Shown piece after piece: positions 59,288 through 64,000 of a stretch of 64,000 nucleotides of DNA. Within the stretch, counting starts at the first letter, position 1; each line of letters opens with the position of its first letter. Source of the DNA: a virus; IMG/VR virus record IMGVR_UViG_3300042402_002055, positions 32,001-96,000 of that record; one strand, given 5' to 3'. The notes below the pieces were generated by a model. The model made no database searches. It saw nothing but the letters and a program-made list of their open reading frames with translations, and had not been told where the DNA came from. The translations under genes and the position numbers were made by a program.

Positions 59288-60127
59288 ATGTTGTTAAAGA
59301 AAGGTGATAATAATGAGAATGTAAAGTTAATGCAACAAAAGTTGGGCATTGAACCAGCTGTTACTAACTTTGGCCCAAAAACAGAAGCTGCAGTAAAAGC
59401 TTGGCAAGCTGCACATGGTTTAGATGCTGACGGAATAGTTGGTGATAAAACTTGGGCAATGATTATGGCAGAAGGCCAATCGGTTCCTGCTCCAGTAGAA
59501 ACCCCAATACCACAATCAACAGGTGGATTAAAATTAGAAAAATTAAAAGGACATATTCCAGATGCAGTAATCGCAATGATTCCTGATACTGCTGCTAAAT
59601 TCCAAATCAATACTCCATTAAGATTGGCACACTTCTTAGCACAATGTGGACATGAGAGTGGTGGATTTAGACTTACAAAAGAAAACTTAAACTATTCAGC
59701 TAAAGGTCTAATGGGTATATTCAAAAAGTATTTCCCAACTGAAGCTTTGGCAAAACAATACGAAAGACAACCTGCAAAAATTGCAAACAAAGTATATGGT
59801 GGTCGCATGGGCAATGGTCCAGAAAGTAGTGGTGAAGGTGCAAAATATTGTGGTAGAGGATATATCCAATTGACAGGTAAAGATAACTACATTGCATTTG
59901 GTAAATCAATCGGTGTAGATATGACATTTAATCCTGATTTAGTATCATCACAATACTCTTTATTATCAGCAGCATGGTTCTTTTCTAAAAACGGATTACA
60001 TAAGATGGCAGATGAAGGTGCAACCGATGCAGTAGTTACTAAGATTACTAAAAGAGTAAATGGTGGAACTATTGGATTGGCAGATAGAATCAAACACTTC
60101 AAAGAGTATTATCATTTATTGTCATAA
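59288..60127 (+). CDS. Endolysin: peptidoglycan-binding domain plus GH19 lysozyme
   Basis: FGPKTEAAVKAWQ..HGL.ADGIVG..TW; RLAHFLAQCGHESGGF, ENLNYS, GRGYIQLTGKDNY, VNGG..GL.DR. Confidence 0.92.
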   Translation: MLLKKGDNNENVKLMQQKLGIEPAVTNFGPKTEAAVKAWQAAHGLDADGIVGDKTWAMIMAEGQSVPAPVETPIPQSTGGLKLEKLKGHIPDAVIAMIPDTAAKFQINTPLRLAHFLAQCGHESGGFRLTKENLNYSAKGLMGIFKKYFPTEALAKQYERQPAKIANKVYGGRMGNGPESSGEGAKYCGRGYIQLTGKDNYIAFGKSIGVDMTFNPDLVSSQYSLLSAAWFFSKNGLHKMADEGATDAVVTKITKRVNGGTIGLADRIKHFKEYYHLLS

Positions 60128-60948
60128 TGGATAATAAAAAAAAGTTATATTGGAATAGTTGTTCGTTTCTGTATGCAGATATTATGTTTGGTAGTGATTA
60201 TATCTTATCAAAAGAAAGTCCATTATCTAAGCTATTTTATAATTTTGGTGAAGAAGGTAGTTTTATTGCATCTGGTATGGGGTCTAACAATGAGTCTATT
60301 TTTTTTAGAACTCTGATTGATTGTTCAAAAAATGATTTTGATTTTGTAATTATTGGTTGGTCACATCCTGAGAGAGCTTTGATTTTAGATAACCACATTG
60401 AGTTGGATTTCGAAAAACTAAAAGAAGATTCAGAAAAAAAGTTTTTAGGTAATAGTAGACATGCAGATTTATATGGATATCAAAATTTAATACCAACTGG
60501 TGCATCTTACAATAATCACTTATTGAAATTTGAACCAAAAGGTACTGACGATACTATTTTGTATACAATATCATTACACAATTTTTTTAAGCAAAAAGGT
60601 ATTCCACATTTATTTTTAAATATGGGTAAATTGGATACAAATGTTTTATCTGCAAGAGAAAGTTGGTTGAATGGAATTGACTCTAAAAATTATTTGTCAA
60701 TAAATGATAATGATAGTATTTTAGAAAAAATGAGTTTTTGTTTTACGGAATATTATGGTAAAAAGGCAGAAAAAATAGTAGTAAAAGATGGTGACATTCA
60801 CAAGTATAATACATTGGTTGGTAATAGTGATAAAGAATATGCAAAAACTGGTTGGATAATGGATATCGGCGGCCACCTCGGAAAATTGGCATACAATGAT
60901 TTATTTAATTTAATTTCGAATCATATACAAAAAAATAATTTGGTGTAG
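60127..60948 (+). CDS. SGNH-like hydrolase/acyltransferase paralog E
   Basis: YWNSCSF, G.GSNNESI, IIGWS.PER, GGHLG. Confidence 0.55.
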   Translation: MDNKKKLYWNSCSFLYADIMFGSDYILSKESPLSKLFYNFGEEGSFIASGMGSNNESIFFRTLIDCSKNDFDFVIIGWSHPERALILDNHIELDFEKLKEDSEKKFLGNSRHADLYGYQNLIPTGASYNNHLLKFEPKGTDDTILYTISLHNFFKQKGIPHLFLNMGKLDTNVLSARESWLNGIDSKNYLSINDNDSILEKMSFCFTEYYGKKAEKIVVKDGDIHKYNTLVGNSDKEYAKTGWIMDIGGHLGKLAYNDLFNLISNHIQKNNLV

Positions 60949-60970
60949 TTAAATTATTTTCGTATATTAG
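60939..60970 (+). promoter_or_regulatory. Bacteroidota-type promoter, leaderless
   Basis: TTTG-N20-TATATTAG; ATG at +12 (60975). Confidence 0.7.
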
Positions 60971-60974
60971 AAAT

Positions 60975-61166
60975 ATGGAAAAATTTAAAATTACATTTAA
61001 TGTTATAATTGTGACTTGTGTCATAGGATTGGCAATATCATACTTAACTCAATTAATAGAAGTAATACCAAATGTATCTTTTTTAGAAGGTGTCGGTATT
61101 TATTGTCTTTGGACTCCAATTCATCATTATTTGAATACTTTAGGCAAAGATAACACAGATTACTAA
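60975..61166 (+). CDS. Small membrane protein (1-2 TM)
   Basis: Two hydrophobic stretches; own promoter. Confidence 0.6.
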   Translation: MEKFKITFNVIIVTCVIGLAISYLTQLIEVIPNVSFLEGVGIYCLWTPIHHYLNTLGKDNTDY

Positions 61167-61185
61167 TGATTTAGGGGATTGTTTT

Positions 61186-61194
61186 ATATTTATA
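61186..61194 (+). promoter_or_regulatory. Putative late promoter motif ATATTTATA
   Basis: Intergenic, upstream of the exported-protein cluster. Confidence 0.4.
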
Positions 61195-61219
61195 TTCGTA
61201 AAGTTAAAATCGTTTATAA

Positions 61220-61870
61220 ATGAAGGCAAAATTATTAGAATTTAAAGAAAATTGGAATGATATATTGATATCATTTCTTGCATACATTGGAGTAGCATGG
61301 GTAATAGTTGCATTACTATTCCAACTTACAATGGTTGGTATGCATTATAGTGGAAGTGATATTCCTACTCAAGTTGGAAATTGGTTTGACCACAAATTTA
61401 ATGGAACATTCAAAAATAGTCCAGAAAATATTATGTATGTAGCCGAAGACCATATTTGGGTTGAGAGTGTTACAAATCAAGTTAAAATAGGAAAATTAGC
61501 TGGAAATAGAAAATTAGAATTCGGTGTAAAGAATATATTAGAAGAATATTTGCAAGATAAAGGTTATGACATCACCCCATCTGCAACTTACAAATTGAAA
61601 GTGGATATTATATTTTTAGATGTATTAACGACTAAAAAGAATGTGTCGGTATTTCATAGTAACGAACAAGAAGTTGTTATCCGTTTAAGAGGAACACTTT
61701 ACAAAGATGGTAAAAAAGAAAAAGAGGTTATGGTTGAAGAAAGTTCATCAGAAATCTCTATGTCAACTCTCATAGTAGATGAAGGTGGAAAGTTCAATCA
61801 AACTTCGTTAAGTAATGCACTTAAAAAAGGTTCCGGTCAACTTATCACCAAACTATTAGGAGAAAAATAA
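61220..61870 (+). CDS. Membrane-anchored protein with a possible CsgG/TolB-N-like alpha/beta domain
   Basis: N-terminal TM; FGVKNILEE.L...GY, beta hairpin, C-terminal SNALKK....LI helix. Confidence 0.45.
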   Translation: MKAKLLEFKENWNDILISFLAYIGVAWVIVALLFQLTMVGMHYSGSDIPTQVGNWFDHKFNGTFKNSPENIMYVAEDHIWVESVTNQVKIGKLAGNRKLEFGVKNILEEYLQDKGYDITPSATYKLKVDIIFLDVLTTKKNVSVFHSNEQEVVIRLRGTLYKDGKKEKEVMVEESSSEISMSTLIVDEGGKFNQTSLSNALKKGSGQLITKLLGEK

Positions 61871-63516
61871 TGAAAAAAATCATATTATTTATTGGGGTAT
61901 TTTTATTAGTATCCCTATCGGCATTTAGTCAATTAACAATCAGTCAGTCATTATCACCAACAACCGGATTAAAGGTAGGTGACACTATAAGTGTTAAATA
62001 TACTTTGACAAAAGGAGATACTATTGTTAATCCTCGTTATCTTTGGTTTAGATACCAATATAACAATAAGGCATTGACATATCTTTCAACTGAATTTAAT
62101 CAGGGTACATCAACTCAAACATTCTACACCGGTTGGACTAGTTATAAGTTCACTCCAAATGTGGGTGCAAGTGATAACGCTTTGAATTTACAATATACAC
62201 TGAGTCCTTGGAATTATGCAGTAAATGCAGATTGGAATATTGGTCAATTGACAATTCAAAGAGCAGACCGTTCTATCACCGGATTGTTGGCAACACAAAA
62301 ATATATCTTAAAAGACCAAAATACTTATAACAACATTTTCAAAATAGACTTAGCAACTGGTACTGATACAACTGGTGCAAATGTTGGAACTATTACTGGT
62401 GGTGGGTTTTCATCTATATCAAATGTAACGGGTAATACATCACAATTCAAAGTTAGAGTTTTGTTTCCATCGGGATATTCAATTACTGACCACAATGTTC
62501 AATTGATGAGATTGAAATCAGATGGTAGTGGTGATATAGACTGGTCACAACAACCAATTACACAAGCTGCATTGGATGCAAGTGGTGAGGTAATATTCAC
62601 ATCAGGTATTAAAGTTGGTGATAGTGTTGGTGTATTTGTATCACCTGCTTCTCAAAAGACTTGGATGAATAATGTAATCACGGTTTCAGATGCATATAAA
62701 GCATTCTTAGGACACTCTCAAACTGATATTAGTGGAACTGCAAACTTCTTTACAAGACCTGTTTTAGAAAGAAAAATAGGTAATGTAACAAAGAACGATA
62801 TGACATTCAACGAAGCTGACTCATACAATCTATTTGCATATGTAATCGGACAAGATGTATCTACAAATGCATTTATTCCAACATCAACTTCAACTTCGTG
62901 GAGATGGCATAGTGGTTTATTAAATCAAAGTTGGTTGGATGGTGTTACTAAGAATAGAGTATATGTTACAACTCCATCACAAACCGTTGATGTGGTATTT
63001 GCATGGGGTGGTGACTTAAACTGGTCACACTCATCTCATCCTGACACAATTGCAACTAGAATTACACAAGGTAATTTTACAAACTCAATAAACGATAGAA
63101 ACTTCCAATCATTTTCAGTAAAATCAATGTCATATACTCAACCTACATTTGAAAAGGCAACATTGGGTATTAACTCTACTTTGGAAAATGGTAAAGTTGT
63201 ATTAACTGCAACATTGACAAAAGAAGGGTTAGCAGGTTTACAAGTTATTATGAATTATGACGAAAGTAAATTAACTTTGGATAATGTTTCATTTGATGCA
63301 GGTTCTACAATTACAAACTTTTCAACTCGTGATGGTAATAGATTAACATTTGGTTCAATAGACCAATTAAAGACGGCAAGAATCAAAGTGGGAACACCAT
63401 ATAGATTAGTATTCACACCAAAAGAAACTTTAACAAATACTGCAGGTTTATTCTTTTTCATATTAGCAGATGCAGTAGATGGTTTGGGTAAAAAAGTTGA
63501 TTTGACAATAGAATAA
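61870..63516 (+). CDS. Exported beta-rich surface protein (cohesin/dockerin-like modules)
   Basis: Sec signal MKKIILF...AFSQ; F...YNN..L.Y beta-sandwich; paired ITVSDAY / NVT.ND..FNEADSY loops; C-terminal AGLQ....YD...L..D. Confidence 0.6.
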   Translation: MKKIILFIGVFLLVSLSAFSQLTISQSLSPTTGLKVGDTISVKYTLTKGDTIVNPRYLWFRYQYNNKALTYLSTEFNQGTSTQTFYTGWTSYKFTPNVGASDNALNLQYTLSPWNYAVNADWNIGQLTIQRADRSITGLLATQKYILKDQNTYNNIFKIDLATGTDTTGANVGTITGGGFSSISNVTGNTSQFKVRVLFPSGYSITDHNVQLMRLKSDGSGDIDWSQQPITQAALDASGEVIFTSGIKVGDSVGVFVSPASQKTWMNNVITVSDAYKAFLGHSQTDISGTANFFTRPVLERKIGNVTKNDMTFNEADSYNLFAYVIGQDVSTNAFIPTSTSTSWRWHSGLLNQSWLDGVTKNRVYVTTPSQTVDVVFAWGGDLNWSHSSHPDTIATRITQGNFTNSINDRNFQSFSVKSMSYTQPTFEKATLGINSTLENGKVVLTATLTKEGLAGLQVIMNYDESKLTLDNVSFDAGSTITNFSTRDGNRLTFGSIDQLKTARIKVGTPYRLVFTPKETLTNTAGLFFFILADAVDGLGKKVDLTIE

Positions 63517-63517
63517 T

Positions 63518-64000
63518 ATGAAACACTTATTAGTTACATTATTTTTACTTATATCATTTTTAGGGTTCGGACAGAGTGTATCTGCTCCGGACTCTAAATC
63601 ATTTATACCATCTACAAATGGACAAGATGCAAGTGGATTTGTATTGAGTGGGTTTGGTGCAACATCTACTTTACTTGCTTCAATCAGTTTAGTTAATCCA
63701 CCAACCGGTACAACATTTGTATTAAACACAACAACAGGCCTAACCGCAGCAAGTGGATTTACTTTAAGTGGTAATAAGACTCGTTTAGTAGTAACGGGAA
63801 CAATGGTAGATATTAACACCGCATTGGCATCACTTAAAGTAAACACAGGTTCTATAAAAGGAAATGTTTTATTATCTGTGGCAGCAACAATCAATCCAAC
63901 GGGATATTTCTACAATGGTGTAAACGGACATTTTTATAGACCAATATCAACCGGAGCAACTTATACAAACGCAAGAATTTTATCCGAAGCAACAACATTC
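63518..64000 (+). CDS. Exported surface protein, Ig/cadherin-like then probably a C-type lectin (3' end outside window)
   Basis: Open frame to the window end: MKHLLVTLFLLISFLGFGQSVSAP...LVVTGT..DINTALASL...NGHFY......TYTNAR. Confidence 0.65.
   Translation, partial: MKHLLVTLFLLISFLGFGQSVSAPDSKSFIPSTNGQDASGFVLSGFGATSTLLASISLVNPPTGTTFVLNTTTGLTAASGFTLSGNKTRLVVTGTMVDINTALASLKVNTGSIKGNVLLSVAATINPTGYFYNGVNGHFYRPISTGATYTNARILSEATTF

Overview
This window is a gene-dense, AT-rich segment of a large tailed dsDNA phage genome with a T4-like (myovirus-type) gene set. Essentially all real genes lie on the + strand and read in standard code 11. The host is most likely a member of Bacteroidota, judged from 11 TTTG-N19/20-TATATT(T/A/G) promoters, A-rich leaders lacking Shine-Dalgarno sites, and host-like TonB-dependent receptor, Hc1-like and DUF4494-like genes. 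In order, it holds: (1) a tail/baseplate block with a candidate programmed frameshift in the gp26/gp51-like chaperone ahead of the tape measure gene; (2) a replication block with a divergent PolA, SSB, RecA/UvsX, 5'-3' exonuclease, GroES, helicase, class II RNR, thioredoxin, PolB, clamp, clamp loader, dUTPase and an exonuclease; (3) an HTH + two Mom-like + DruA/DUF4338-like cluster embedded just before PolB, a candidate DNA hypermodification system; (4) a ~13 kb glycosyltransferase/epimerase/methyltransferase island; (5) putative head-packaged effector proteins; (6) an IscU/IscA/TonB-receptor/GroEL/ferredoxin auxiliary block; (7) a GH19 endolysin; (8) the start of a cluster of exported surface proteins. 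Five SGNH-like paralogs are inserted singly between other genes. No tRNA, rRNA, CRISPR array, intron or intein was seen. All family assignments come from motif recognition by eye; no database search was run.
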